Below are positions 9,084-19,673 of a DNA stretch of 64,000 bases, piece by piece. The position numbers and the translations under genes were made by a program. This DNA comes from Sumerlaeia bacterium. GTDB lineage: Bacteria; Sumerlaeota; Sumerlaeia; SLMS01; JAHLLQ01. Every line of letters starts with the position of its first letter. Within the stretch, counting starts at the first letter, position 1. The stretch spans positions 96,001 through 160,000 of the forward strand of contig JAVJSW010000060.1 in assembly GCA_040219255.1 (NCBI GenBank), in the 5' to 3' direction. Below the pieces are notes generated by a model, which worked only from the letters and a program-made list of their open reading frames with translations, was not told where the DNA came from and searched no databases.

Positions 9084-12060
9084 CCCGGGGCTTCGCCGCT
9101 TTCTTCGCGGCGGTTTTCTTGTCCGCCGGTTTCTTCGCGTCAGCCGTCTTCTTCGCCGCCGGCTTCAGCAACTCTTTCAGGAACCGCCCCGTTTCGCTTC
9201 GCTTGCAGGCCGCCACCGCCTCCGGCGGGCCCTCCGCCACGATTTCGCCGCCGCCTTCGCCGCCCTCCGGACCCAGGTCCAGCAGCCAATCGCAGCACTT
9301 CAGCACGTCCAGGTTGTGCTCGATCACCACCACCGTCGAGCCCGCGTCCACCAGCTTGTTCATCACCTCGACCAGCTTGCGCACGTCCTCGAAGTGCAGT
9401 CCCGTCGTGGGTTCGTCCAGAATGTAGAGCGTCTTGCCGGTGTTGCGTTTCGCCAACTCGCGCGAGAGCTTGATGCGTTGCGCCTCGCCGCCCGAAAGCG
9501 TCGTCGCCTGCTGCCCCAGCGTGATGTAGCCGAGGCCCACGTCCTGAATTGTCCGGAGTTTCGTCGCGATCGACGGCACCGGCGCGAAGAATTCCACGCC
9601 TTCGTCGATGGTCATTTCCAGCACGTCGGCGATGGTCTTGCCGCGATAGAGAATGTCGAGCGTTTCGCGGTTGTAGCGCTTGCCGCCGCAGACCTCGCAT
9701 TCGACGTACACGTCCGGCAGGAACCCCATCTCGATGCGTTTCAGGCCCGCGCCGCCGCATTCTTCGCAGCGCCCGCCCTTGGCGTTGAAGCTGAAGCGCC
9801 CCTTCGCATAGCCGCGCATGCGGGCCTCCGGCGTCTGCGCGAACAGATCGCGGACGGCGTCGAAGACCTTCGTGTAGGTCGCCGGGTTGCTGCGGGGTGT
9901 GCGGCCGATGGGGGCCTGATCCACGTTGATGACTTTGTCCAGGTGCTCCAGCCCCTCGATGGCGGCATGATCACCAATGCCTCGGCGGCTGCGATAGACG
10001 TGGTTCATCAACGCCGGAAAGAGCGTTTCGATCACCAAGCTCGATTTGCCCGAACCGCTGACCCCCGACACGCCGACCAGCACGCCCAAGGGAAAATCGG
10101 CGTCCACGCCCTTGAGATTGTGCAGCTTGGCCCCGCGAATTGTCAGGCTCCGCTTTGGGTCGATAGGGCGGCGCTCCTCGGGCACCGGGATGGATCGCTT
10201 GCCGCTCAGGTAATCGCCGGTCAGCGAGCCCGCCGCTTTCTCCAGGTCCGCCGGCGTCCCCACCGCCACCAGCTCGCCGCCGTGGGCCCCGGCCCCCGGA
10301 CCCAGATCGACCACGAAGTCGGCGGCGCGGATGGTCGCTTCGTCGTGCTCGACCACGACCACCGTGTTGCCCATCTCGCGCAGGCCCTCCAGCGTCGCGA
10401 TCAGGCGCTCGTTGTCGCGTTGGTGCAGACCAATGCTCGGTTCGTCCAGAATGTAGAGCACCCCCTTGAGGCGGCTGCCGATCTGCGTTGCCAGGCGGAT
10501 GCGCTGCGCCTCGCCGCCTGACAACGTCCCCGCATGGCGGTTCAGCGTCAGGTAGCTGAGCCCCACATTGAGCAAGAACCCCAACCGGTCGCGCACTTCC
10601 TTCAGCGGTTGCTGGGCGATGTATTCCTGCCGCTCGGTCAGTTTCAGGTCCCGGAACAGCACCGCCGCGTCGCTCACCGGCAGATTGCAGCAGTCCCCGA
10701 TGTGGCGGCCGTTGATGCGCACGGCGAGGCTCTCGGGTTTGAGCCGATGGCCGTGGCACTGGGGACAGGTCACATTGCGCAGATACTCTTCCAGGTCCTC
10801 GCGGTTTTCCTCGTCGTCTTCCTTGAGAATTTGATCGCGGATGCGCGTGATCAGCCCCCGGTACGGCACCGAGTGGTTCAGTGTACCGCTGCGCCGCGTG
10901 GGCATTTTGACCGTCACTTTCTCCTCGCCGAGGCCGCTCAGCAGCGTGTCGCGGACCTTATTCGGCAGGTCCTGCCACGGCGTTTCCAGGCTGAATTTCA
11001 GCTTCTTCTCCAACGCCCGCAGCATCTGGTATGTCCAGTTGTACATGGGATCCTTAGGGCGGTCTCTCTCGTCGAAGAACAGCTTGCGCCACGGTTCGAC
11101 GGCGCCCTCGGGGATGGAGAGTTCGGGCCGGGGCACGAGGGCGTCCATGTCCACCTCGGGCACGACGCCCAGGCCATGGCACTGCTCGCACCAGCCATAG
11201 GGCGAGTTGAAGGAAAACATCCTCGGCGCCAGTTCCACGATCTGGGGGCCGTGTTCCAGACAGGCCAGCGCCTGGCTGAACATGCGCTCGCCTTCCCAGG
11301 CCACGCCCTTCGGATAGGCGCCTTCGCCGTCCGGCACCGTTTCCAGAATCACCAGCCCGTCGGCCTTATCCAGCGCCTTCTCGATCCCCTCCAGGATTCG
11401 GGCGGGCAGCGCGTCGTCGCCCCGGCGCACAATGACACGGTCGACCATGATCGAGATGTCGTGCTTCATCGACCGCTTCAGGCGCATCGTGGGATCCAGC
11501 TCCACCACCTCGCCGTCCACCTTGGCGCGCACAAAGCCTTCCTTCAGCGCCTGCTGGAACAACGCCTGGTACTCGCCCTTCCGGCCGCGCACGATGGGGG
11601 CGAGGATGTGAAGCCGCGTCTTTTCCGGCAGCGCCAGGATCGTATCGGTCATGTCCTCGGCGCTTTGCTTGTCCAGCGGCCGGTCGCAAACCGGACAATG
11701 GGGTTGGCCGATGGTGGCGTAACACAGCCGCAGGTAATCGTAGATTTCCGTCACCGTCCCCACCGTCGAGCGCGGGTTGCGGGCCACGGTCTTTTGCTCG
11801 ATGGAAATGGCCGGAGAAAGCCCCTCGATGTGCTCGACGTGGGGCTTGGGCATCTGGTCCAGGAACTGGCGGGCGTAGCTCGACAGCGACTCGATGTAGC
11901 GGCGCTGGCCCTCGGCGTAGATCGTGTCGAACGCCAACGACGACTTGCCGCTGCCGCTCAGCCCCGTCACCACCGTCAGGCTGTTGCGGGGGATGCTGAC
12001 GTCAAAGCCTTTGAGGTTGTGCTCGGCGGCGCCGTAGATGCGCAGGTGAGAGGGGGGCAT
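9073..12060 (-). CDS. uvrA: Excinuclease ABC subunit A
   Basis: Two ABC modules ([27 protein letters not shown] x2), Zn-finger Cys motifs; K/A-rich C-terminal tail. Confidence 0.98.
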   Translation of the reverse strand: MPPSHLRIYGAAEHNLKGFDVSIPRNSLTVVTGLSGSGKSSLAFDTIYAEGQRRYIESLSSYARQFLDQMPKPHVEHIEGLSPAISIEQKTVARNPRSTVGTVTEIYDYLRLCYATIGQPHCPVCDRPLDKQSAEDMTDTILALPEKTRLHILAPIVRGRKGEYQALFQQALKEGFVRAKVDGEVVELDPTMRLKRSMKHDISIMVDRVIVRRGDDALPARILEGIEKALDKADGLVILETVPDGEGAYPKGVAWEGERMFSQALACLEHGPQIVELAPRMFSFNSPYGWCEQCHGLGVVPEVDMDALVPRPELSIPEGAVEPWRKLFFDERDRPKDPMYNWTYQMLRALEKKLKFSLETPWQDLPNKVRDTLLSGLGEEKVTVKMPTRRSGTLNHSVPYRGLITRIRDQILKEDDEENREDLEEYLRNVTCPQCHGHRLKPESLAVRINGRHIGDCCNLPVSDAAVLFRDLKLTERQEYIAQQPLKEVRDRLGFLLNVGLSYLTLNRHAGTLSGGEAQRIRLATQIGSRLKGVLYILDEPSIGLHQRDNERLIATLEGLREMGNTVVVVEHDEATIRAADFVVDLGPGAGAHGGELVAVGTPADLEKAAGSLTGDYLSGKRSIPVPEERRPIDPKRSLTIRGAKLHNLKGVDADFPLGVLVGVSGVSGSGKSSLVIETLFPALMNHVYRSRRGIGDHAAIEGLEHLDKVINVDQAPIGRTPRSNPATYTKVFDAVRDLFAQTPEARMRGYAKGRFSFNAKGGRCEECGGAGLKRIEMGFLPDVYVECEVCGGKRYNRETLDILYRGKTIADVLEMTIDEGVEFFAPVPSIATKLRTIQDVGLGYITLGQQATTLSGGEAQRIKLSRELAKRNTGKTLYILDEPTTGLHFEDVRKLVEVMNKLVDAGSTVVVIEHNLDVLKCCDWLLDLGPEGGEGGGEIVAEGPPEAVAACKRSETGRFLKELLKPAAKKTADAKKPADKKTAAKKAAKPRAKG

Positions 12061-12437
12061 GGGGTGATCGGATCCGGGGGCGAAATCTCAGCGAAAGTGA
12101 AGAGCAAAATCCCCGCCAACCGCCGAGCGGTCAAGCCGAAGAAAAAACCGCGCCGGGGAGATGGATTCTAACGCGGAGCAGCAAAAAGCGGGGATGGGGC
12201 GGCGAGAGTTGGCGTGTGTGAATGCGACGAAAAGGGCCAAGGCGGTCTGCCGCCGCGGGCGTGCTGGCGGCGTGAAACGACTGCACCACCTCGCCGTGTC
12301 ATCCCCTTCTCAGTCCATGGATGTGTGGATTTCGCTATCGCGAGCGATCCTTTTGGCGGCGGGAAGCGTATTTCTTGCCGAGCCGATTTGTGCGGGCGAG
12401 AAGTTCGAAAAAACGCCGACAGGAAGGGCTCGGGAGT

Positions 12438-12977
12438 TCAGGAAAGACCCGTGCCGCCGGAACTGAGCTTGGGTTTGGCCTTGAGATTTGCCGAAGTCTG
12501 GGTCGCAGGCTTTGGTCCAAAGACCGGCTTCTCGTTGGGCGACTCATAGATCGGATATCGTTCCAGGCGGATCCGGAATTCGAGTCGCTGCAGCGGGGTC
12601 CAGTCTTCGGCTTCAGCGGCGGTCGGATAGAGGTCCTGAATGAGGGGGACGATTTCTTGGAGTTGGCGCTGTTTCAATGCTCTGTCCCTTTGATGCTTAC
12701 TTAAAAGGTAAGAAACACCAATAGTACAAGCCACCCATATCCCCCCGTAGTATAAGACAAAGTACATCGTAGAACTTGTACTGATCACTCGACTCAAGAC
12801 CGAATAGACGAAAAGCCCAACGAAGATCAGGGCAACCAGAAGAATTCCACACCGAAAAACAAATCGCGTACGCAACTCATTGATGGAATCATGGATCGAG
12901 TCCGCTAAGTCCAAGAGATGTCGCAGTTGCATGTAGAGGCTTTCAGTATTGGGCGAAATATCATTGGCATTCATCAT
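12438..12977 (-). CDS. Hypothetical 2-TM membrane protein
   Basis: Two hydrophobic segments (FVFRCGILLVALIFVGLFVYSVL; YFVLYYGGIWVACTIGVSYLL); ATGA-coupled to the upstream GTPase; lower GC. Confidence 0.7.
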   Translation of the reverse strand: MMNANDISPNTESLYMQLRHLLDLADSIHDSINELRTRFVFRCGILLVALIFVGLFVYSVLSRVISTSSTMYFVLYYGGIWVACTIGVSYLLSKHQRDRALKQRQLQEIVPLIQDLYPTAAEAEDWTPLQRLEFRIRLERYPIYESPNEKPVFGPKPATQTSANLKAKPKLSSGGTGLS

Positions 12978-13831
12978 GATTTTGCAACCTCTCCGATAAA
13001 CTTGACAAGTGTTATAAGCGAGCTATGCTGGTCATATCCGTGATCGGACTCGACAACTTCGCCTCTCCATTCGAAGGACTCATGCAGTGAGCAAACGATG
13101 CCGACGTCTATCGACAGGTTCTGCGTCCCAACTTTCCTCAGCAGGTCACCAGCCGCCACAGCAAAAGGGGAACTTCCATCGGGATGATAGGTCTCCAGCG
13201 CCTCCCGGGCGCTGCCGGAATAGAGATCGGCTTTTGTCGCAAGAATCAGCAGCCATTTGGGCTTTCGCTTCCGGCGATTGCTCATAGCAATCCTCTCACA
13301 GAGCGCCCGGAAATCGGCTACCTCCTTTTCCAAGTTGTCCCTCCGAAGAGCTTCGATGGTATCGATGCCCCGTCTGAAAAGAGCATCTTGTCCGACCAAG
13401 TCCCACGGTTTCTGAAACCCATTAGGAACAACATGAATCACCCCCTCGACCGGGTCCTTGCCATCTAGGTACTGATCGAGCGCCCGCGAGCGGCTTTCCG
13501 AGTCTTGGCCCGGAATGATAATTAGGCGTGACTTGCTCTTCTGCGCCTTATCCCGAAATGACTTCTTATCGACAATCAAGGACTTGGATGGCTTTTCGTA
13601 CCCGGCTTCCGAAGCCAAGCCCGTCAACGCATCCACCATCACAGACTTTCCCGCGCCGGAAATCCCGGTCACGGCGATCGGTGGACCAACGAAGAGTTTC
13701 GTCGCCCATCGCTGGACCGACTCCCGATTCTTAATCGCTTCTTTCGTCAGTTCAAACCACACGATTGGCTTACGTCCTCCGACAACCCCCATTTTCCTCA
13801 CGCGTCCCAGACTGGCAAGCGAAAGCGCCAT
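12974..13831 (-). CDS. TRAFAC-type P-loop GTPase-like protein
   Basis: G1 VTGISGAGKS, degenerate G3 IIIPGQ, G4 LATKAD, G5-like VCSL; real start may be GTG 13762 (MWFELTKE) after a GGAGG site; lower GC. Confidence 0.72.
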   Translation of the reverse strand: MALSLASLGRVRKMGVVGGRKPIVWFELTKEAIKNRESVQRWATKLFVGPPIAVTGISGAGKSVMVDALTGLASEAGYEKPSKSLIVDKKSFRDKAQKSKSRLIIIPGQDSESRSRALDQYLDGKDPVEGVIHVVPNGFQKPWDLVGQDALFRRGIDTIEALRRDNLEKEVADFRALCERIAMSNRRKRKPKWLLILATKADLYSGSAREALETYHPDGSSPFAVAAGDLLRKVGTQNLSIDVGIVCSLHESFEWRGEVVESDHGYDQHSSLITLVKFIGEVAKS

Positions 13832-13880
13832 CCCGCGCCAGTCACCCCCTTTGCGTTAGTATCAAACACGAGGAATCAGG

Positions 13881-15389
13881 TCAGGCGTCCTGTACCTTGC
13901 CGTCCGCCCCCCGGCCGAACGCCCACCGGAACGCCTTCTCGACCATCGGCGTCAGCTTCGTTCTCCGGTACTCGTCGCCCAGTTTCCGCACCATTTCGGC
14001 CAGCGTCGGGTAGGGCAGGACCAGCCCCGCCATGGCATCCAGGCCGAGGCCGTTTTTCTTGGCTAAGGCAAACGGTGCCAGCAGTTCGCCCGCGCCGGGA
14101 GCGACGATGGTGACGCCGAGGATTTCGCCCGAACCCCGGCGCGTCAGGACCTTCGCGAAGCCCTCGGTGGCGCCTTCCGTGACAGCCCGGTCCAGATGGG
14201 CCAATTCAACCCGGTAGGTGTCGTAATCGAGCCCCCGGCTCTGGGCCATCTGCTCCGTCAGGGCGAGCGTCGCGACCTCTGGATCGGTGTAGGTACACCA
14301 GGGCACGTTGTCGTGGTCGGCGCTGGCCAGCAGCAAATTGCCGAGGCCGGTGGGGAAACTGCGTTTCAGGATGTTTTCCACCACGACGCGGGCCTGATGA
14401 TCGGCCATGTGGGTAAAGCGGAACGGCCCCGCCGCGTCGCCCGCCGCGAAGATATGGGGCACGGTGGTTTGCAGATGGGAATTGAGTTTCAAATGCCCCC
14501 CTTCATCCGTCTCGACCCCCGCCTTCTCCAGAACCAGCGGAGAGAAATCGCTTCGCCGCCCCGCCGCCACCAGAACCGTGTCCACGTCGTATTGCTTTTC
14601 ATGCCCGTCCTCGTCGTAAATCAGCGTGATGGCCTCGCCGCGCCGTTCCGCCCGCCGCACTTCGCAGCCGGTCTTGAGCGTGACCCCTTCGCGCTCGAGA
14701 ACCCGCTCGAGCAAGGCGGACGTTTCCTCATCCTCTTTCGAGAGCAGACGCGGCCCGTGCTCGAAAATCGTGACGACGGCCTTGAGGCGCGCGAAGGCCT
14801 GGCCCAGTTCGCAGCCGATGGGGCCGCCGCCCAAAACCGCCAGCCGGCGCGGGTGTTCCTGCATATCGTCGAAGATGGTTTCGTTGGTGAAGTAACCCGC
14901 CTCGGCGAGGCCCTCGATTGGCGGCGCGGCCGGTGCCGAACCGGCGGAGATGACGATGTGCTCGGCCTTCAGGGTTTCCAGCAACTCGCCGTCCAGGCCA
15001 ACAACCTCCACCTCGTGCGGCGATGTGAAGCGAGCGGCGCCCCGGAAGACGTCGACTCCCAGCGACTCGAATCGTTCCTGGCTGTCGTTGGGTGCGATAC
15101 GGGCGCGGCGGGCGCGCATGCTGTCCATCACCTCGTGAAAGTTCCAGTCGGGCTCGTGGTCCCGCAGGCCAACCCGGTGGGCGTCGCGCTGGGCCTGCAT
15201 CAGGCGGGCCGAGGCGATGAGGGATTTGCTGGGAACGCAGCCGGTATTCAGGCAGTCGCCGCCCATGGGGCCTTTCTCGATCAGCGCGACGCGCCCGCCG
15301 AGACCGGCCGTTCCCGCCGCGGTCACCAGACCGGCGGATCCGGCTCCGATCACCACCACATTGTAGGTTCCTTGACCTTTGCTCGTCAT
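13881..15389 (-). CDS. Pyridine nucleotide-disulfide oxidoreductase (mercuric reductase/LpdA-like family)
   Basis: GAGSAG, GGDCLNTGCVPSK redox motif, GGGPIGCE, AAGD, YPTLAE; lacks the MerA C-terminal CC. Confidence 0.9.
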   Translation of the reverse strand: MTSKGQGTYNVVVIGAGSAGLVTAAGTAGLGGRVALIEKGPMGGDCLNTGCVPSKSLIASARLMQAQRDAHRVGLRDHEPDWNFHEVMDSMRARRARIAPNDSQERFESLGVDVFRGAARFTSPHEVEVVGLDGELLETLKAEHIVISAGSAPAAPPIEGLAEAGYFTNETIFDDMQEHPRRLAVLGGGPIGCELGQAFARLKAVVTIFEHGPRLLSKEDEETSALLERVLEREGVTLKTGCEVRRAERRGEAITLIYDEDGHEKQYDVDTVLVAAGRRSDFSPLVLEKAGVETDEGGHLKLNSHLQTTVPHIFAAGDAAGPFRFTHMADHQARVVVENILKRSFPTGLGNLLLASADHDNVPWCTYTDPEVATLALTEQMAQSRGLDYDTYRVELAHLDRAVTEGATEGFAKVLTRRGSGEILGVTIVAPGAGELLAPFALAKKNGLGLDAMAGLVLPYPTLAEMVRKLGDEYRRTKLTPMVEKAFRWAFGRGADGKVQDA

Positions 15390-15620
15390 GGACGCGATTC
15401 TCCTGGGAAAAATGGGATCGGGGGCCGTGGGGGACGACCCAAAGAGGTAGCGAATTCCGCGGCAAAACGCTCGGAAAATCCACGTCCTAATGCTCCAAAA
15501 GCGAAAACCGGTTGCTTCGCATGGCTTTTCGGCCCATGACTGGCTTGGCATTCTCATGAGTCCCCGGTAGCGGGACGCCATGTGCCATAGACGTTTTTTT
15601 GACCTGGGAGCCATAGAACG

Positions 15621-15968
15621 ATGGAAGTCGAACGCATGAACCGAGACGAGTGCGACATTCTGCGCCTCAAGGGCCGCCTCGATCTGGCCGGAGCGGAAGC
15701 CATCGAGGGCTTCTTCAAGGAGTACCGCATGGAGCCCATGCAGGGGCGCCGCGTGATCGTCAACTTCGCCGAGGTTCCCTACATCAGCTCGAGCGGCCTG
15801 CGGGTCCTCGTCTCCGCCCTCAACGACGTCAAGGAACAGGGCGGCGAAATGGTTCTGTGCGAAATGAACGTGGGGGTCGAGGAAGTGTTCGAGTTCTCAG
15901 GCTTGAACGACGTCTTCAAGATCTACCGGGAAGAGGACGACGCCCTCCAGGCGGTCAGCGCCCCTTGA
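15621..15968 (+). CDS. Anti-sigma-factor antagonist (STAS domain)
   Basis: LKGRLD..VPYISSSGLRVL..VFEFSGL. Confidence 0.92.
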   Translation: MEVERMNRDECDILRLKGRLDLAGAEAIEGFFKEYRMEPMQGRRVIVNFAEVPYISSSGLRVLVSALNDVKEQGGEMVLCEMNVGVEEVFEFSGLNDVFKIYREEDDALQAVSAP

Positions 15969-16032
15969 GCGGCGAGCGCGACCTTCCCGGCTCTTCACCC
16001 CCACCTCAGCACTCCCAGGAGACGACCCCGAG

Positions 16033-16506
16033 ATGACGAATTTGATGCCGAACTCGCAAGCCGATCTCTGTCTCTCCCTGCGCGCCGACCCCAAGTTGGT
16101 CGTCATCGCCTGCAAAGCGGTGCGCAATCTGGCGGAAATCCATGGCATGAACGAACGCGATTGCTATCGGCTGGAACTCGCCACAGACGAGGTCTGCTCC
16201 AACGCCATCACCCACGCCTGCGAACGCGACGAACATCGCAACTACCGTCTGGAAGCCGCCTACGATGAAGTGGACGACTCCATCGTCGTTTGGGTTTACG
16301 ACCGGGGTGAAGGCTTCGACATCGAGCGCGTCAAGGAAGTCAAGGAACTGCCCAAACCCCCCAACTGCCCCGTCGGCGGCCTGGGGCTCCATCTCGTCCG
16401 CAAAGTCACCGACGACATCGATTACCTCTGTGGCAAGAACGGCGAGAACTGCCTGATCTTCCGCAAACGCGTCATCCCCGAGCCGAAATTGGCGGCGGAA
16501 GCGTAG
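16033..16506 (+). CDS. Anti-sigma factor / Ser kinase (RsbW-like HATPase_c)
   Basis: LELATDEVCSNAITHA, DRGEGFD, GGLGLHLV. Confidence 0.9.
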   Translation: MTNLMPNSQADLCLSLRADPKLVVIACKAVRNLAEIHGMNERDCYRLELATDEVCSNAITHACERDEHRNYRLEAAYDEVDDSIVVWVYDRGEGFDIERVKEVKELPKPPNCPVGGLGLHLVRKVTDDIDYLCGKNGENCLIFRKRVIPEPKLAAEA

Positions 16507-16616
16507 GTGGGGCCCACAGGCAAGAGTGCCCGTGCTGCATCGGGTGGTTCCCGATTCGCCGGGTCTCGGCGGATGGCGCGGAGAAAAGGGTTTTGTCTTC
16601 GCCGGAAAGCGGCGCC

Positions 16617-16642
16617 GGTCACGGGCGGGACGCCCGTGCTAC
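16617..16642. repeat. GTAG-type REP palindrome
   Basis: ggtcacgggcgggacgcccgtgctac, exact reverse complement of 46470-46495; degenerate copy at 16514-16538; supplies the radC stop codon. Confidence 0.8.
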
Positions 16643-18129
16643 CTTAAGACCCCCTCGTCCGCGAAGCTGAAAAAACGCCCGTTCGTTCCGATAATCACGT
16701 GGTCCAGGACCTTGACGCCCATCAGGTCGCCCACTTCCACAAGGCGCTTGGTCACCGTGTGATCGTCGCGGCTGGGGGCGGGGTCGCCGCTGGGGTGGTT
16801 GTGCACGAAGATGACCGCGTAGGCGGCGTCGCGGATGGCTTCGGTAAAGGCCTCGCGCGGGTGGACGAGGCTCTGGTTCAGCGTCCCCCGCGTCACCAGC
16901 ACGGTGCGCAGAACCTCGTTCTTCGTGTTCAGCAGAACCGCGTGGAATTCCTCCTGGCGCGCGCCGACGAAGCGGGGCCCCAGCAGATCCGCCACCATGC
17001 GCGCCCCCCGCACCGAACCCGGTTGCTCCTTGCCGGGGGCCTCCTTGAACCGCCGGGCAAGTTCGAAGGCGGCTTTCAAGGTTACGGCCTTGACGCGCCC
17101 CATGCCCGGCAGGCGCGTCAGCTCCGCCACCGACATCGCCGCCAGCCGGTCCAGCGTCCCCGCCTTGGCCAGAAGCCGCCGCGCCAGTTGCAGCGCGTTC
17201 TCCTGGCCCGAGCCGGTCCGCAGCAGAATCGCCACCAGTTCATCTTCGCCGAGGCGGTCTGCCCCTTCGCGCTCCAGCTTCTCGCGGGGCCGGTCCGCTT
17301 CCCGCATCGAAGCGGCCAGGGTTTGGCTCCCCGGTTGGCTGCGGGCGCCGCTGGCTCCGTTGAGGCGATAGTAAAGGCATTGAGCCGTCACGGGGCACTT
17401 GCCGCAGACCGGTTGCGCCAGGCACCGCGCCGCGTCGCGCGTGTCCTTGCCGTTCCCGCCCGTGAAGGTCCCGAGCACCACGTTGATTTCGCCCAGGGGA
17501 GCCTGGGCGTCGCGGGCCAGCTTCTCCATCGCCGCCAGCGCCGCCGCCCGGGCCTGGCGGGTGCCGCTGGCGCTGTCGATCCATCCCATCCGCATCAGGA
17601 ATCGTTGCCGCCCGGCGTCCGGCACTGCCACCGGATAGCCCACCGCCGCCAGCCACCGGTGCGCCCGCAGGCCATCGAGCGCCGGGGCCTGCCGCGCGAC
17701 AAGAGCCACGGCGGCCTGGGGTCCGGAGATGTTGCCGAGGAGGTCTTGGAGGCTGCCGCTTTCGAGCCACCGGAGCGTCTTGAGGAGTTGCTGGCGCTGG
17801 CGGTCGCGCAGGATCACGGGGCCTTCATCGGCTCCCGATTCCCGCACCAGGCCCGGGTCCAGCTCGGCCAGTAGCTCCATCAGCACGCCCCGAGTCCGGC
17901 GCCGCAGCGCCGCGTTTTCCAGCGGCTGATCCAGTGCCACCATCACCGCCAGCAACTCCGCCAGCCGCGCCGGCACCTCGCGCCAGGCCTCGCGCCGCGC
18001 GTCTTGAACGTGGGTCGTCAACAGCGGGGCCGCCTCGACCGTCGCGGCCTTGAGCGTTTCCCACAAATCGAGGCGCGAGTATGGATCCCCCACGTCGGTT
18101 ATGCGACTCCATTGGCAATTGGATTCCAA
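16639..18129 (-). CDS. radC: RadC (JAB/MPN) protein with a long N-terminal HhH-GPD/4-Cys-like extension
   Basis: RPREKL..ELVAILLRTG, GTLNQSLVHPRE, HNHPSGDPAPSRDD, DHVIIG; upstream CLAQPVCGKCPVTAQC; start uncertain. Confidence 0.88.
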   Translation of the reverse strand: MESNCQWSRITDVGDPYSRLDLWETLKAATVEAAPLLTTHVQDARREAWREVPARLAELLAVMVALDQPLENAALRRRTRGVLMELLAELDPGLVRESGADEGPVILRDRQRQQLLKTLRWLESGSLQDLLGNISGPQAAVALVARQAPALDGLRAHRWLAAVGYPVAVPDAGRQRFLMRMGWIDSASGTRQARAAALAAMEKLARDAQAPLGEINVVLGTFTGGNGKDTRDAARCLAQPVCGKCPVTAQCLYYRLNGASGARSQPGSQTLAASMREADRPREKLEREGADRLGEDELVAILLRTGSGQENALQLARRLLAKAGTLDRLAAMSVAELTRLPGMGRVKAVTLKAAFELARRFKEAPGKEQPGSVRGARMVADLLGPRFVGARQEEFHAVLLNTKNEVLRTVLVTRGTLNQSLVHPREAFTEAIRDAAYAVIFVHNHPSGDPAPSRDDHTVTKRLVEVGDLMGVKVLDHVIIGTNGRFFSFADEGVLR

Positions 18130-18370
18130 AGGCCCATCGGAACAGGCCGAAGACGACCTCCCGTTTACGAAAGACGAACGTCAGGGGGAAGGAAAAATCA
18201 TGGAAAAATCGCGGGTTTCCCGCTTCCTCATCACACCGGACATTGTGCCCTTGAAGCCCTTTTCCCCAAGGGCCGCGAAACCTGCCGCCCTTCCCGGCAT
18301 TGGGTGAAATCCCAGGGCCCAGGGGGTCAGGCCCGATTCCGGAAAGGAATTCGCGCCGGACGGCTTCGCC

Positions 18371-19660
18371 TCAAGAATCGCGAAAGGCTTGCGCCAATTC
18401 ACCCATCGTCCCGGCATAGGCTCCTGACTCCAGGGCATGATCCAGGCATCGCCAGGGCAGCTCGCGCCACTCCGGCGGCCAGAACCAGCCGTTGAAATTG
18501 TGCGGGTGCCACAGGAGCGACATGACGCCCCCAGCGCGGCGGACTTCGCCCATCAGCGCCACGAGGCGGTCGAAGGCTTCCTCGGCGCTCAGGCCACGAT
18601 GGGAGCGCAGCGTCACGTCCATGGCGATCAGCGGCAGGCAAACCATCACCTTGCCCGTTTCCGGGCCGCGCACCGCGATCGGCTGGCAGGTCCCGCGGCG
18701 AAAGCCTTCGCGCGTGGCGAAACCGAGCGACCCCTCCACCGCGAAACCCTGATCCGCCAGAGCTTCCAGGTGCTCGCGGCTCGTCACCCGGAGGTAATGC
18801 CCGCGGTGGGCGGTGGGCGCCGGGCCGAGCATGCGCTCGAAGGCAAGGCGCTGGTGCGCGAGATGGCTGCGGGGCGCGTCGGGTGTGGCGTAGCTGCCAT
18901 GTAGGCCCACCTCGTGCCCTTGGCGCTGGGCCCGGCGGAGGAAACGGCTCAGCTCCGTGGCCCGCGCCAGGTCGTAGTTGTCCAGTTTGTGGAGCTTCCG
19001 CGTTTGTGTCAGGAACGTGGCGCGGACGCCGCGCCGCGCCAATTCTTCGAAAATCGTCTCGAACGGCAGGTCCGGGTCTGGGCCACCGAGTAGACGCGCG
19101 GACCATTGCCAGAGGTGCTTCGGCAACTGGCGTGCGCGGCCGGTCAGGGCGATGCGGCGGAGGTTTCGAAGCCGGTCGAGCCCATGGCGGACGCCAGCGC
19201 TGTCCACGTCGAAGGAGAGGGAGAAGGCCCAGGCCTTGCCGTTCCAGCGGTTCCCCACAGGCTCCCCGGACCTGTGCGAGTCCCGGATTTTCACCGCCGC
19301 TGCTTGCCGGATGCGGTCGCACACGGCGAGATCCAGCAGCCCCGCGCGGCCAATCAGGCACTCCGCCGGGTCGAACCGGCCATGGGCGTCGCGGGCGGGG
19401 GAGAGGTCCTCGTCCCAGCCGTGCAGAAGCCCGTACACCACCCCCGCGAGATCGAAGCGGGCCTTCTCGCCATCGAAAAATTCGCGGGCGAGAATGGCGG
19501 GATCGGCGCCGGCCTTGATAAGCGCGAGCACGCGCCGCGTCTCGTCGGCCCAGGCTTGCCGGTTGCCTGCGATTTGGCGGTCGGAGGGAAGGTCGTGAAG
19601 GAAGGGCTTTCCGCCTGAAGGCGGGACTGCGAACGGGGCGGGAAAGTCCAGGAGGTCCAT
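18371..19660 (-). CDS. Polysaccharide deacetylase family protein
   Basis: LSFDVD, RATF, HEVGLHGSY, RGHYLR, LGF..GFRRGTC, PLIAMD, LLWHP. Confidence 0.82.
   Translation of the reverse strand: MDLLDFPAPFAVPPSGGKPFLHDLPSDRQIAGNRQAWADETRRVLALIKAGADPAILAREFFDGEKARFDLAGVVYGLLHGWDEDLSPARDAHGRFDPAECLIGRAGLLDLAVCDRIRQAAAVKIRDSHRSGEPVGNRWNGKAWAFSLSFDVDSAGVRHGLDRLRNLRRIALTGRARQLPKHLWQWSARLLGGPDPDLPFETIFEELARRGVRATFLTQTRKLHKLDNYDLARATELSRFLRRAQRQGHEVGLHGSYATPDAPRSHLAHQRLAFERMLGPAPTAHRGHYLRVTSREHLEALADQGFAVEGSLGFATREGFRRGTCQPIAVRGPETGKVMVCLPLIAMDVTLRSHRGLSAEEAFDRLVALMGEVRRAGGVMSLLWHPHNFNGWFWPPEWRELPWRCLDHALESGAYAGTMGELAQAFRDS
19609..19634. repeat. REP-like palindrome inside the 5' end of the deacetylase ORF
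   Basis: ttccgcctgaaggcgggactgcgaac is nearly identical to 43265-43290. Confidence 0.7.
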
Positions 19661-19673
19661 GGCGCGGGGCGGC

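Noticed and set aside
13881-15389. Mercuric reductase (merA) call
   Set aside because: No C-terminal Cys-Cys pair, no N-terminal HMA domain and no mer operon; left as a generic flavoprotein disulfide reductase.
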